Positions 47,254-57,909 of a stretch of 64,000 bases of DNA are shown piece after piece. Position 1 is the stretch's first letter; every line of letters starts with the position of its first letter. The notes beneath the pieces are model-generated. The model was given only the letters and a program-made list of their open reading frames with translations. It searched no databases and was not told the origin of the DNA. The DNA is taken from positions 32,001 through 96,000 of IMG/VR virus record IMGVR_UViG_3300027859_000890; one strand, given 5' to 3'. The translations under genes were made by a program, and so were the position numbers. This stretch comes from a virus.

Positions 47254-47468
47254 ATATAACAGATATGGTAGTATTAGTAATTAGTATGTGGGGACAAACA
47301 GAATTAGGCGAATGGGTATACATTGGCAATCAATATGTAAACCAAGAACCAATGACACTTGCTGAATGCAGTGAATTAATTAGTCCTGACAAATGGGCAA
47401 AGTATCAAGAAAATCAGTTTTACAAAATTGAATTGGCTTGCTATTATGCAGGAGAACCTAAAGAATGA
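47250..47468 (+). CDS. Small hypothetical protein
   Basis: ATGA overlaps on both sides. Confidence 0.55.
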   Translation: MNITDMVVLVISMWGQTELGEWVYIGNQYVNQEPMTLAECSELISPDKWAKYQENQFYKIELACYYAGEPKE

Positions 47469-48055
47469 AACTAAGAGAACTTTTCGAAGCGCCAGGCGAA
47501 ACAGTAGGTCTTATATTTGGAAGATTTAATCCGCCACATAAAGGTCACAAGGCAGCTTGGGAAATGGCAGCAAAAGAAACACATTGGTATGTAGGTACTA
47601 ATGCAGGAACAGTTGGTCCTAAAGATCCGCTGCCATCACAAGTAAAAGTTCTTGCAATGGAAACAATTATGCCTGAAGTATCAGAACACATTGTTTTCAG
47701 TCAAAGTTGGCTCACACTTGCAAGTGAGTTATATTCAAAGCATCCTAATGCAACTCTTGTTCTATTTACAGACGAAGCTTGGGTGCCAAAAACAATTGCA
47801 CAATACAATGGTCAAGAAGGTCCACACGGAACCTACAATTTCAAAGATATAGAAACAAAACCTACACCAAGATTAAGCAGTGCAACAGCATTGCGTAAAG
47901 CAGTATTAGACAATAGTCCAGAGGAGTTTGCTGATGCTGCTGGTGTTCCTGCTGATACTATTATTGATGTACCAGGTGAAAACATAACATTCTTTGATAT
48001 GGTTGCAAAGTACTTAGAACCACATAGAGAAAAACTACTTGCAAAAAAGAAGTAG
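47465..48055 (+). CDS. Cytidyltransferase-like (HxGH) nucleotidyltransferase
   Basis: FGRFNPPHKGH, SATALR; N-terminal MKLRELFEA. Confidence 0.8.
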   Translation: MKLRELFEAPGETVGLIFGRFNPPHKGHKAAWEMAAKETHWYVGTNAGTVGPKDPLPSQVKVLAMETIMPEVSEHIVFSQSWLTLASELYSKHPNATLVLFTDEAWVPKTIAQYNGQEGPHGTYNFKDIETKPTPRLSSATALRKAVLDNSPEEFADAAGVPADTIIDVPGENITFFDMVAKYLEPHREKLLAKKK

Positions 48056-48072
48056 TTGTTATATAATACATT

Positions 48073-49233
48073 ATGACTCACGGCTTTTTTCTAGCAAACA
48101 TCAAATCTTACCCCTTCGGACAAACAGCATTAGGCACTGAATTTATAGATCAAGGATTCAGTTTAGAAAATATGTTTGGGCATTTTGATGACTTTACATT
48201 TAGAAACTTTTATAATTTAAACAGAATAGATAAAATTAAGTGCGATACAAATTTTATTATGCTGTCTGTAAATATGCCTGTGACATATAAAATAAAATTA
48301 AGTTTTGACACAATACAAAAAATAAACAATGACACTAACACTTTCTTAGTTATGATAAGCATACTTGAAGGTGAAATGGATTATGCTAAAATACTAAAAG
48401 AACTTTCTAAACAGCGTATTAACAAAGAAAAAGTTATCATAGTAACAAGTTGTTATTCGCATTTAGAAAACCAGTTTGGCTTAAAATTTGTTTATATAGA
48501 TTATTGGGAAAGTTTTACAAGATATCATCAACGTTTTTTACCTAATGCAACAGACAGACGTGCAATTAATTTAGATGCACAAAAAAAGTTTTTGTGTTTG
48601 AATAGAAATCAAAAAGCACACAGGATTTGGTTTTATTTTAATTTATATAGAATGAAAATGCACAAGCAAAGTCATTCAAGTTATCATTTACCTATACTAG
48701 ATATACAAGAATACAATAGGATGGCCAGAAGTAGTTTTGTAATGAAATATATTCCCAGCAGTTTACATCCAGAATATCAACATTTTTTGAATCATACATA
48801 CGAAGGCGCAGTCTTAGATAAATTAAGTTCTGATCCTATTAATTATAATTCAACAATATATGATTATTACAACGATAGTCTGTTTAGTGTTGTTACTGAA
48901 AGTAGTTTTAGACATACTTTTCTCACAGAAAAAACATTCAAAGCAATTGTACACTGCCATCCATTTTATGTAATAGGCAACAAACAACATCATTGGCTAC
49001 TAAGAGAAAACGGTTATCATACATTTGAGGATTTCTTTGGCATAGAAGCAGTAGAAAACTTTGATCAAGCAAGTGCGTTGTTAAGTAACATTAAATACAC
49101 TGATATTAGTGAATATAGAAATAAATTAAATAAGGAAACAGTAGATAAATTATATAGTAACTATGACAACTTTTACAATAGACTCATTAGCTGGTTGGAC
49201 ATAGAAAAAAGATTGTTAAGAGCCACGAGGTAA
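48073..49233 (+). CDS. Glycosyltransferase-like phage protein
   Basis: FLCLNR...HR, VVTES, FLTEKTFK-x-I...PF. Confidence 0.5.
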   Translation: MTHGFFLANIKSYPFGQTALGTEFIDQGFSLENMFGHFDDFTFRNFYNLNRIDKIKCDTNFIMLSVNMPVTYKIKLSFDTIQKINNDTNTFLVMISILEGEMDYAKILKELSKQRINKEKVIIVTSCYSHLENQFGLKFVYIDYWESFTRYHQRFLPNATDRRAINLDAQKKFLCLNRNQKAHRIWFYFNLYRMKMHKQSHSSYHLPILDIQEYNRMARSSFVMKYIPSSLHPEYQHFLNHTYEGAVLDKLSSDPINYNSTIYDYYNDSLFSVVTESSFRHTFLTEKTFKAIVHCHPFYVIGNKQHHWLLRENGYHTFEDFFGIEAVENFDQASALLSNIKYTDISEYRNKLNKETVDKLYSNYDNFYNRLISWLDIEKRLLRATR

Positions 49234-50442
49234 ATGTCAGAGTTTAAAGAAAACTTTTGTATGGCGCCTTGGACACATATGAGCGTTTGGCAAACAGGAG
49301 ATGCGTATCCGTGTTGTATATATCATTGGGATATGCCTGTTGATAATATCAATCGCAGTGGACTAAAAGGTGCGTGGAACAGTAAAAAAATGCGTGAACT
49401 TCGTTTACGTATGCTTTCCAATGAGCCAAGCGAAGGTTGTGCTAAATGCACAAACTATGACAAGCAAGGTATTATTAGTTATAGACATAAGTTCAACACT
49501 GAGTATGATCATCACTACAATTTAGTCAAAACAACACAGGAAGATGGCACAGTAGATCAAATGAATTTGGCCTACTTTGATATTAGATTTAGCAACTTGT
49601 GCAATATGAAATGTAGAAGTTGTGGACCGCATTTCAGTAGTAAATGGTCTGAAGATTTAATAGGCAAGCCAGAAATAGTACAAATTAACCACCAAGATAT
49701 GTGGGAAGAAATAGAAGATGTTTTACCTAGCATCGAAGAAGTATACTTTACAGGCGGCGAAAGTTTGTTTATGCCACAGCATTATAGATTGCTAGATATG
49801 CTTATAGAGCGTGGACTCAAACCGAGACTGACATATAACAGCAACGCCACACGCCTAAGTCTTAAAGGCAAACACATAAAAGATTATTGGCAGCACTTTG
49901 ATAATATTTTTTATTGTGTAAGTTTAGACCAAGTAGAACGCAAAGCAGAATACACAAGAGCAGGACAAACTTGGGATACAGTGTTTACAAACTTGTGTTG
50001 GATACGTGATAATTTTGAACACAGTTATGATAAAGGTGTGGTTATACAACCAAACCCAACTATCAGTGCGTTGAATGTTGTTGACTTGCGTCATATTGTA
50101 AATTATCTGTTTGAACACAACATTCCTACTGACTATGATATTAATTTAAGTAATTTGTTGGTTGGTCCAGAATGGATGAGTTGTACAATATTGCCAGAAC
50201 AAATTAAAGCAAAAGCAAAAGAAAATATTGAATTACTCAAGCAAGATATTGATAAAAGAAAAATGTATCCTCAAAGAAGAGAATTTTTGCATAATGGACT
50301 CGACAACATTGTAAACTTTATGTATAATAGTGATGATACACATTTGATACCTGAATTTAGAGTACAGATGCAAAAAATGGATATGAAGCGTGGCGAAAAC
50401 TTTTTAAAGGTTTTTCCTGAACTAAAGGATTTGTATGTCTAG
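49234..50442 (+). CDS. Radical SAM protein with N-terminal twitch-like domain
   Basis: FCMAPW...PCC...CAKC; CNMKCRSC; TGGE. Confidence 0.9.
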   Translation: MSEFKENFCMAPWTHMSVWQTGDAYPCCIYHWDMPVDNINRSGLKGAWNSKKMRELRLRMLSNEPSEGCAKCTNYDKQGIISYRHKFNTEYDHHYNLVKTTQEDGTVDQMNLAYFDIRFSNLCNMKCRSCGPHFSSKWSEDLIGKPEIVQINHQDMWEEIEDVLPSIEEVYFTGGESLFMPQHYRLLDMLIERGLKPRLTYNSNATRLSLKGKHIKDYWQHFDNIFYCVSLDQVERKAEYTRAGQTWDTVFTNLCWIRDNFEHSYDKGVVIQPNPTISALNVVDLRHIVNYLFEHNIPTDYDINLSNLLVGPEWMSCTILPEQIKAKAKENIELLKQDIDKRKMYPQRREFLHNGLDNIVNFMYNSDDTHLIPEFRVQMQKMDMKRGENFLKVFPELKDLYV

Positions 50443-51643
50443 TGTAAAGGAAAACAAACATTTTTGTATGATGCCTTGGGTACATATGCATCTGTGGCCT
50501 GCTGGCTTTACATATCCTTGCTGTATGAGTGATCCAGATTATCCTATAGGCAACACACAAACACAAACTTTACAAGACGTTTGGAACGGCGATAAAATGC
50601 GTAAAATACGTTTGAATATGTTGTCAGGACAACCAAGTCAAGAATGTAGACGTTGTTATGAACTAGAAGAAAACGGTATGCAAACATTGCGTAACAGCAG
50701 TATCAATAACTTTTCAGAAAAACACTGGCAGAAAGTTATGAACACAGCTGAAGATGGCAGTGCTGGTGATGTAAATATGGCATATATGGATATACGTTTC
50801 AGTAATTTATGTAATTTGAAATGTCGTAGTTGTGGCCCACAGTTCAGCAGTAGCTGGTTTGAAGATCACAAACAAATGTATGGAGAACTTAATCATCCTA
50901 AAATATTACAAGTGCGTAAAGATATGACTAGTTTTATGGACGAACTTGATCCGTTATTAGAAAGTGTTGAACGTGTTTATTGGGCAGGTGGCGAGCCACT
51001 AATTACAAAAGAGCATTATCATATACTTGATAAATGGATTGATATGGGCAAGACAGATGTCAATATGGATTACACAACAAACTTTACACAAATGTATTAC
51101 AAAAAGAAAACAGCATTTGAATATTGGAATAAGTTTGAACACGTAAGAGTAGCAGGTAGTTTAGATGCTAACCACGCACGTGGAGAATATTTACGTAAGA
51201 ATATGATTTGGGATATAGTTGTACAAAACAGACGCACTATGCTAGAGCAGTGTCCACACGTATACTTTGAGATAACCCCCACAGTAAGCGTTTATAACGT
51301 GTTAAACCTACCAGATTTCCACAAAGAATGGATTGAAGAAGGACTATTAGAACCAGGTAACATAAGAATCAATATATTGCTTGATCCAACTTATATGAGA
51401 TTAAGTATATTACCAGAGGAAAAGAAAGATAGAATTAGGAAACGTTACGCAGAACATTTAGATTATTTGAAACAATTTAAGAATATAAATCACGTAAAGA
51501 ATGATTATGAAAGTATTTTAAATTTTATCAATGACGATAGGACTCAAGAAGTTAAAATGTTTTTGTTTAAAACATTCAAAGTAGACAAACTTAGACAAGA
51601 AAATGTGTTTAAGATATTTCCTGAATTAGAAGGTATCGCATAA
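50435..51643 (+). CDS. Radical SAM protein with N-terminal twitch-like domain
   Basis: FCMMPW...PCC...CRRC; CNLKCRSC; AGGEP. Confidence 0.9.
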   Translation: MSSVKENKHFCMMPWVHMHLWPAGFTYPCCMSDPDYPIGNTQTQTLQDVWNGDKMRKIRLNMLSGQPSQECRRCYELEENGMQTLRNSSINNFSEKHWQKVMNTAEDGSAGDVNMAYMDIRFSNLCNLKCRSCGPQFSSSWFEDHKQMYGELNHPKILQVRKDMTSFMDELDPLLESVERVYWAGGEPLITKEHYHILDKWIDMGKTDVNMDYTTNFTQMYYKKKTAFEYWNKFEHVRVAGSLDANHARGEYLRKNMIWDIVVQNRRTMLEQCPHVYFEITPTVSVYNVLNLPDFHKEWIEEGLLEPGNIRINILLDPTYMRLSILPEEKKDRIRKRYAEHLDYLKQFKNINHVKNDYESILNFINDDRTQEVKMFLFKTFKVDKLRQENVFKIFPELEGIA

Positions 51644-53799
51644 TGGGATTTTTTGAGTACAAAGATCCGGATAGAGAAAAGCCAGACAAACCTACGTTTA
51701 GCGAAGATAAACACGTTGCGACAATGCAGGTTATACAGCAATACAGCAGACCTGTGCAAAAAGGCTTGCAAGAGCTTACCATTGAGTATGATGTAAATAG
51801 AAAAACAAAAGTATGTTTGTGTTTACTTCCAGAATGGGATCCTAGTTTTCCTCCTTACAATGTAGCAAAGTTAGCAAGTGCAATAAAACGTGCTGGCTAT
51901 GCTTGTAAAAGTTTTGATATAAACGTCGATAGTTACAGCAGATTTTTAAATGAGAAATGGAATATTCCATTTGATCCTTGGAATCCACTACGTGACTGGC
52001 ATTGGTACAAGGATGAATACTACAAAGATATACATCATCATTTGAAACCTATATTGCTTGAATACATTGATGAAATGGAAAAATTTCAACCAGATGTTGT
52101 AGGCTTTAGTTTATACTATTGTAATGAAGAACCTTGTAAGTGGATGGCAACAGAAATAAAAAAACGTATGCCAAATGTAAAAATAATAGTAGGAGGTCCT
52201 GCTACACACGCAAGTTATTACAAAGGCGAAGAAATATATGATTATGTTGTTAACGGTGAAGGCGAACAACCATTACTACTAATGCTTGCCAGTATTGAAG
52301 CAAAAAAGACTATCGAATACAATGAAGATGCTGTAAGTAAAATTGTTAGACAACCTGAGAATCAGCGTTACAATCTAAGCACACTGCCATTGCCTGATTA
52401 CAGTGACTTTGACTTCAGCAAGTATAAATTTCCTAATGGTGCTTTGTGTGAAATATCAAGAGGTTGCATTGCTAAATGTACTTTTTGTGAAGAGACACAT
52501 TTTTGGAAATACAGACAAAGAAATGCATTTAGCACGTTGAATGAAATTGAACATATGTACTATGAACACGGAACAAATGTGTTTTGGTTTATTGATAGTC
52601 TTGTAAATGGTAATCTCAATGAGCTACGTGGCTTTGTTAAAGGTGTAGCAGAAAAAGGTTTGGACATACATTGGACAGGCTATGCACGTTGTGATGGACG
52701 TATGGATGCTGAATATTTTAGAGATTTGAAAGCAGGTGGTTGCGAAGTTCTTAATTATGGTATTGAATCAGGCAGTCAAGTTGTGTTAGACGCAATGGAT
52801 AAAAAAGTAAAAGTAGAAGAAATGGAAGCAAACTTCCGTGATGGCTTTGCTGCTGGTGTTGATGCTATGACTAATTGGATTGTAGGTTTTCCAAACGAAG
52901 GTCCAAAAGAACTAGAAGAAACACTTACATTTTTATGGCGTATACGTAACCAAGGATTGATAGCAGTTAGTCAAGGCACAGGCTTCAGCGTTGGTGTTGA
53001 TACTATTGTAGGACAAAACTTTGAAAAGTTTGAGCTAATGCCTTTTTATTATTACGACCACTGGATAAGAAAAGATCTTACAGCAAGCATTGTACATAAA
53101 CTAATTAAAATGAAAAGTTTTAGTATTTTTACAGACTTCTTACAAACAGATAAAATTTGTAGTTTGCCTACAAGACACAGTTTACGTGAAAAACATTATA
53201 AGATTGAATTCAATGATCCAAATAGATTGAATACTCTTGAGTATGATTTTGAAGAATTCAATTATAATATTATTACGCCAGGACTAGGCAACTTTGCAGA
53301 TAGTCTTGTAAATGAGATATGGCCTTTCTTACGTATACTTTGGAGAACAAAAGGTGGATACAAACTTTGTTTGAAGTTCCGCAAAGAATGGGAATACGAA
53401 GAATGGGGAAACAGAAATGCTGCTCCGTTGGATGCACAATATGATTTTGAAATAGATGATGAAGGAAATTGGACTGCTGACTTTTGGTGGGATTATCAAC
53501 AAGATCCATATGATACTTGGGATGACAAATATTGGATTGAAGATGGCAGAGAAAAAATGAGTGTAGATCCGTGGAGCCCTGTGTGGGCAATTATGGACTT
53601 TACTAGGGATAATGGAAACGCAGTAATACGTGCTAGAAAACTTGCGTGGAAAGGTGACCCAGACAAAAAAGGCAAAGACCCTTACAATGCTTTTGACAAC
53701 GATGTATTTAGACAGCACCAAAAAGAGTTTTTTAGATTTAGGGATACTGATTTGAGTTTCAAGTATGCTTGGCAAGGCAAAGGACATTGGAATGTCTGA
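51643..53799 (+). CDS. B12-binding radical SAM protein
   Basis: PDVVGFS, VGGP, GEGE, SRGCIAKCTFC, GIESGS, IVGFP. Confidence 0.9.
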   Translation: MGFFEYKDPDREKPDKPTFSEDKHVATMQVIQQYSRPVQKGLQELTIEYDVNRKTKVCLCLLPEWDPSFPPYNVAKLASAIKRAGYACKSFDINVDSYSRFLNEKWNIPFDPWNPLRDWHWYKDEYYKDIHHHLKPILLEYIDEMEKFQPDVVGFSLYYCNEEPCKWMATEIKKRMPNVKIIVGGPATHASYYKGEEIYDYVVNGEGEQPLLLMLASIEAKKTIEYNEDAVSKIVRQPENQRYNLSTLPLPDYSDFDFSKYKFPNGALCEISRGCIAKCTFCEETHFWKYRQRNAFSTLNEIEHMYYEHGTNVFWFIDSLVNGNLNELRGFVKGVAEKGLDIHWTGYARCDGRMDAEYFRDLKAGGCEVLNYGIESGSQVVLDAMDKKVKVEEMEANFRDGFAAGVDAMTNWIVGFPNEGPKELEETLTFLWRIRNQGLIAVSQGTGFSVGVDTIVGQNFEKFELMPFYYYDHWIRKDLTASIVHKLIKMKSFSIFTDFLQTDKICSLPTRHSLREKHYKIEFNDPNRLNTLEYDFEEFNYNIITPGLGNFADSLVNEIWPFLRILWRTKGGYKLCLKFRKEWEYEEWGNRNAAPLDAQYDFEIDDEGNWTADFWWDYQQDPYDTWDDKYWIEDGREKMSVDPWSPVWAIMDFTRDNGNAVIRARKLAWKGDPDKKGKDPYNAFDNDVFRQHQKEFFRFRDTDLSFKYAWQGKGHWNV

Positions 53800-55000
53800 T
53801 ACTTATTGCGTATATCCATTCATAAATGTGCATACAAACACTGACGGCAGATGTAAATTATGTTGTCACGTTTATGGCGAAGATTATATAAAAGTAGATG
53901 GCAAAGATGCTGTGCTTGGCAAAACAAATTGGAACAATATTTGGAACAGCAAGTATATGCTAGATGTACGTGCAAACTTACTTTCAGGAAAGAAAGTAAA
54001 AGAGTGCAATAGATGTTACGAGCACGAAGAGAAAGGTTTACAAAGCAGTAGGCAATGGGCAAATGAAAATTATAAACAACCATTATTGCATAGCAACCCT
54101 ACTCACCTGGAACTTCGGCTCGGCAACAAATGTAATTTAAAGTGCAACAGTTGCTGGAGTGTAAGTAGTAGTCAAATATACAAAGAACGTAAAAAAATAT
54201 TAGCAAACGAAACTGTGCCGAAATGGTTAGATGATCAATGGCAACACGAAATAAAAAGTGTAGAATCTTTTGATTGGCAGTGGTATGAAACACAAGAGTT
54301 TCGTGACTTTGTAGACCAAGTTGCACCAACATTAGAACGTTTGTATATGACAGGTGGTGAGCCAACTATGATTGATGCTAATCAGTATGTGCTTGACAAA
54401 CTTGTAGAAGCAGGTAATACAAAATGTCACGTTGCTTGGACAACAAATATGACAACGTGGCCTGAAGGATTTTATGACAAACTAGATTTTTTTGACAGCA
54501 GCGAAGTGCAGATGAGCATAGATGGTTATGGCGATCACAATATGTACATACGCTATCCAACTGATTGGAAAAAAGTAGAAGAAAATTTTACAAAAGCAAT
54601 GACATTGCCTGAAAAAGTACAACTAAAAATTTACTTTGTATATCAAGCGTGGAATGTATTTGATGTAGATAGGCTAATACGTTGGCTAGAAGAACGACAA
54701 ACAAGACGTGTAGACTTTGTGCCTATATTCTTAGAACATCCAGATCAACTACACAGTTGCGTATGGCCAAGAGAAATACAGCACAAAATTATAGGTAAAT
54801 TATTTACATTGCAAACAACAATGCATAGAGATCCTGTTCAAAGAATCATAAACTACACACAAAACACTAATAAATATTCTGCTGAGAATATAAACAGGAT
54901 GAAACAATTCATTTCAATCAACGACAGATATAGGAAATACAAGTTTGCAGATGTGTTTCCGTTACTAAATTATATATTGGAAGATGTATGCGAGACATAA
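53792..55000 (+). CDS. Radical SAM protein with N-terminal twitch-like domain
   Basis: YCVYPF...LCC...CNRC; CNLKCNSC; TGGEP. Confidence 0.9.
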   Translation: MSDTYCVYPFINVHTNTDGRCKLCCHVYGEDYIKVDGKDAVLGKTNWNNIWNSKYMLDVRANLLSGKKVKECNRCYEHEEKGLQSSRQWANENYKQPLLHSNPTHLELRLGNKCNLKCNSCWSVSSSQIYKERKKILANETVPKWLDDQWQHEIKSVESFDWQWYETQEFRDFVDQVAPTLERLYMTGGEPTMIDANQYVLDKLVEAGNTKCHVAWTTNMTTWPEGFYDKLDFFDSSEVQMSIDGYGDHNMYIRYPTDWKKVEENFTKAMTLPEKVQLKIYFVYQAWNVFDVDRLIRWLEERQTRRVDFVPIFLEHPDQLHSCVWPREIQHKIIGKLFTLQTTMHRDPVQRIINYTQNTNKYSAENINRMKQFISINDRYRKYKFADVFPLLNYILEDVCET

Positions 55001-55980
55001 AGGCTATAATACCTGCAAAAGATAAATGGGTCAGTTTGGTATGGCAAGTCAACGACTGGTGTAACTTCCGTTGTACGTATTGTAGTGAATGGAATTGGGC
55101 TGGACGTAACAAAAACGAAGATGACATTGATCTGATTGTTACAACATTAGAACGCATTATGCTACACTACAAAGACAAAGGATACAAATATTTTAAACTT
55201 TATCTCAGTGGTGGTGAGCCTACTTTTTGGAAAGCAATTATTCCTGTTGTAGAAAAGTTTAGAGAAATAGCAGAATGGCCTGGTAGTTGTGTAGGTATAA
55301 ACACAAACTTCAGTAGGCCTATATCTTGGTGGGAAAAGCATCATCATTTGTTTGAAGATGTAGTTGCAAGTTATCACGCAGAATGGACAAAAGAAGAAAA
55401 GTATTTACAAACTTATAAGTTTTTACAAGACAAGAAAAATTATCTTTGCAGTAGAATTATGATGCATCACAAATACTTTCAGCAGTGTGTGGATTTTGGA
55501 GATAAAATTAAAGACACTTGCGATAATTATATGATTGAATATGCGCCAGTGTATGATGAACTACGTCCTAGCACTGATCCATATTTTTATGAAGAACAGT
55601 GGCAAATGGATTTCTTCAAAACACGCAGTAGTGCAAGACAGCAAGTTATACCAATACACAAAGAACCAAACTATGCTTGGGCAAAAGTAATGCACACAGA
55701 TGATACTGTTACAGATATTGATACAAATGCAATCATTACAGAAGGTAAAAACTTTTTTAAAGGTTGGACTTGTAACATACACGAAAGTTTACACATACAT
55801 CCTAACGGTAGGATACAACAAGCAAGTTGCGGTGTTGGACCAATAGTTGGAAATATTGTACAAGGTAAGTTTGATATAAAATTAAACGAAGCAATTGTTT
55901 GTCCTAAAACACATTGTCACTGTGCAGCCGATTTCAACATAAGTAAAGCGAGGCCTGAAAATGTCAACCTCATCGCCTGA
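54988..55980 (+). CDS. Radical SAM protein with C-terminal Cys cluster
   Basis: CNFRCTYC, SGGEP, GWTC...SC...CPKTHCHC. Confidence 0.88.
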   Translation: MRDIKAIIPAKDKWVSLVWQVNDWCNFRCTYCSEWNWAGRNKNEDDIDLIVTTLERIMLHYKDKGYKYFKLYLSGGEPTFWKAIIPVVEKFREIAEWPGSCVGINTNFSRPISWWEKHHHLFEDVVASYHAEWTKEEKYLQTYKFLQDKKNYLCSRIMMHHKYFQQCVDFGDKIKDTCDNYMIEYAPVYDELRPSTDPYFYEEQWQMDFFKTRSSARQQVIPIHKEPNYAWAKVMHTDDTVTDIDTNAIITEGKNFFKGWTCNIHESLHIHPNGRIQQASCGVGPIVGNIVQGKFDIKLNEAIVCPKTHCHCAADFNISKARPENVNLIA

Positions 55981-57286
55981 TACATTTTGCTACCACGCTA
56001 TGCAAAGTTTTAGCACTCATCCTCACGGACGTAGCAGGCCTTGTTGTTTTAGTAGACAGGAAACAAGAAAGTTTATGCCTGGTATAAACTTCCAAGATAC
56101 TCCAGAATACAATGATAAAGTAAATGCAGCTCAAAACATCAGCGAATTTATCAATGATCCTGAGATAATGAAAATTAGAGAAGGCTTGTTGAAAGGAGAA
56201 CAACCAAAAGGTTGTGCTGAATGTTTCAAGTTAGAAAAAGATGGTATACGTAGTTTTAGGCAAACTTCAAATGAAATATATGAAGAACATATAGATAAAA
56301 GTCTAAAGAACGTAAGTGAAGATGGCTTTTTAGATCCAAAAGCAATTACATACTTGGACATTAGTTTAGGCAATGTTTGTAATTTAAAATGTAGAAGTTG
56401 TAATCCTTGGGCTAGTCATAGATGGATTGAAGAAGGTCCTACTGTGCCACACACAGATTGGGATGACACAGCATACAAAATTGGTAAACTAAGCAGTACA
56501 GATCCTTGGTTTATCAAAGCGTTTGCAGAAGACTTTTTTGATGACGTTTTACCAAATGTAAAAATAATAAATTTTATTGGTGGCGAACCTTTGGTTGTCA
56601 ATGAACACTATACTTGGTTAGAACACATAATAGAAATGGGCTGGAGCCAAAACATTGAGTTACACTACAACACAAATGGCACAACTATACCAGATAGGTT
56701 GCTAGATATTTGGGATAAGTTTAGAGGTGTAGTTCTAAGTTTAAGTATTGATGCTACAGAAGATTTAGCATACTATGTTAGATATCCAAGCAAGTGGAAA
56801 ATAATAAAACGCAATATAGAAAAATTAAAACAATTCAGTAAAACTCGCACAGGAGTAATTGTTCATACGCACGTAACTCTAAGTGTAATGAACTTGCACG
56901 ACTTGCCTAATGTTTTGAATTGGTGTAAAGAAAACTATGATACTTGGCACTACACTTGGGATTGGGGTAATCACGGATATCAAAATTGCTTACCGCATTT
57001 CAATATTGTAGAATATCCACGCAACCAACACATAAGAAACTTGCCAGAAGAGCGTAAAAAACTTATGAACAATATGTTAGAACAGCAACACGCAAAGTTT
57101 CAAAATGCTGGCTTGCCAGATTGGGAACAGTGGGCAGTAGATGCAATACTAGGATTGAAAAATCAATTAAACGAACAACCCAACGAAGGTGATTGGCAAA
57201 AGTACATTAATAATACTAGAGCAAGTGATAGGTTTAGAAAAGTAAACATCATAGATTATATTCCTTGGATGGAGGAATATATGTAA
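55961..57286 (+). CDS. Radical SAM protein with N-terminal twitch-like domain
   Basis: FC...PCC...CAEC; CNLKCRSC; GGEP; TNG. Confidence 0.9.
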   Translation: MSTSSPDTFCYHAMQSFSTHPHGRSRPCCFSRQETRKFMPGINFQDTPEYNDKVNAAQNISEFINDPEIMKIREGLLKGEQPKGCAECFKLEKDGIRSFRQTSNEIYEEHIDKSLKNVSEDGFLDPKAITYLDISLGNVCNLKCRSCNPWASHRWIEEGPTVPHTDWDDTAYKIGKLSSTDPWFIKAFAEDFFDDVLPNVKIINFIGGEPLVVNEHYTWLEHIIEMGWSQNIELHYNTNGTTIPDRLLDIWDKFRGVVLSLSIDATEDLAYYVRYPSKWKIIKRNIEKLKQFSKTRTGVIVHTHVTLSVMNLHDLPNVLNWCKENYDTWHYTWDWGNHGYQNCLPHFNIVEYPRNQHIRNLPEERKKLMNNMLEQQHAKFQNAGLPDWEQWAVDAILGLKNQLNEQPNEGDWQKYINNTRASDRFRKVNIIDYIPWMEEYM

Positions 57287-57909
57287 TGTACATTGTTGCA
57301 TTTGGCTGCAAAGACTTGGTTGGAAATAAAAATGCAGCATATTTTTTATCAAAAAAATTAGATTGTAATTATATAGATTGCACTACAGAAACTACAAGTC
57401 CACAAAGTATATTTAGAATAGTTACAAAGTATGCAAGTGAACACGAAGACTTCCTTCCTATCATAGGTTGGAGCAATACAGCAAGTTTACAACTTAGAAC
57501 AATATACAGTCGTTTAGAATACACAGGCTTCCACGATCCAAACTATTGGAACTACAGTGCTAATGGCAAAAACTTAAAATTAGAAAACCGTAGACTTGAT
57601 AGATTCAAAGATGTTTTGTTTGATGAACACTTGGTCAATATACGTTGGTGTAATATTGTTGTTAGTTTACAAGAATTCTTAAAAAGTTACAAAATAGATT
57701 ATGTAATGTACAATGTTGAAAATGCTATTGACTGGAATGCAAATACAATGCATATGATAAAATTTATAGATAGATCAAAATACATAGGTGTAGAAAATCC
57801 TAAGGCTAATATAAAAAAGTATGTAAAGAAACTAGGATATAATTTTGCCACAGACGAAGGTCAAAAATGTATTGCTGGTTTACTAAAAGATAAATTGGAT
57901 AGCAAATGA
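57286..57909 (+). CDS. Degenerate SGNH-like protein
   Basis: VAFGCKD, IIGWS; lacks the Ser of GCS; paralogue of 57906. Confidence 0.5.
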   Translation: MYIVAFGCKDLVGNKNAAYFLSKKLDCNYIDCTTETTSPQSIFRIVTKYASEHEDFLPIIGWSNTASLQLRTIYSRLEYTGFHDPNYWNYSANGKNLKLENRRLDRFKDVLFDEHLVNIRWCNIVVSLQEFLKSYKIDYVMYNVENAIDWNANTMHMIKFIDRSKYIGVENPKANIKKYVKKLGYNFATDEGQKCIAGLLKDKLDSK

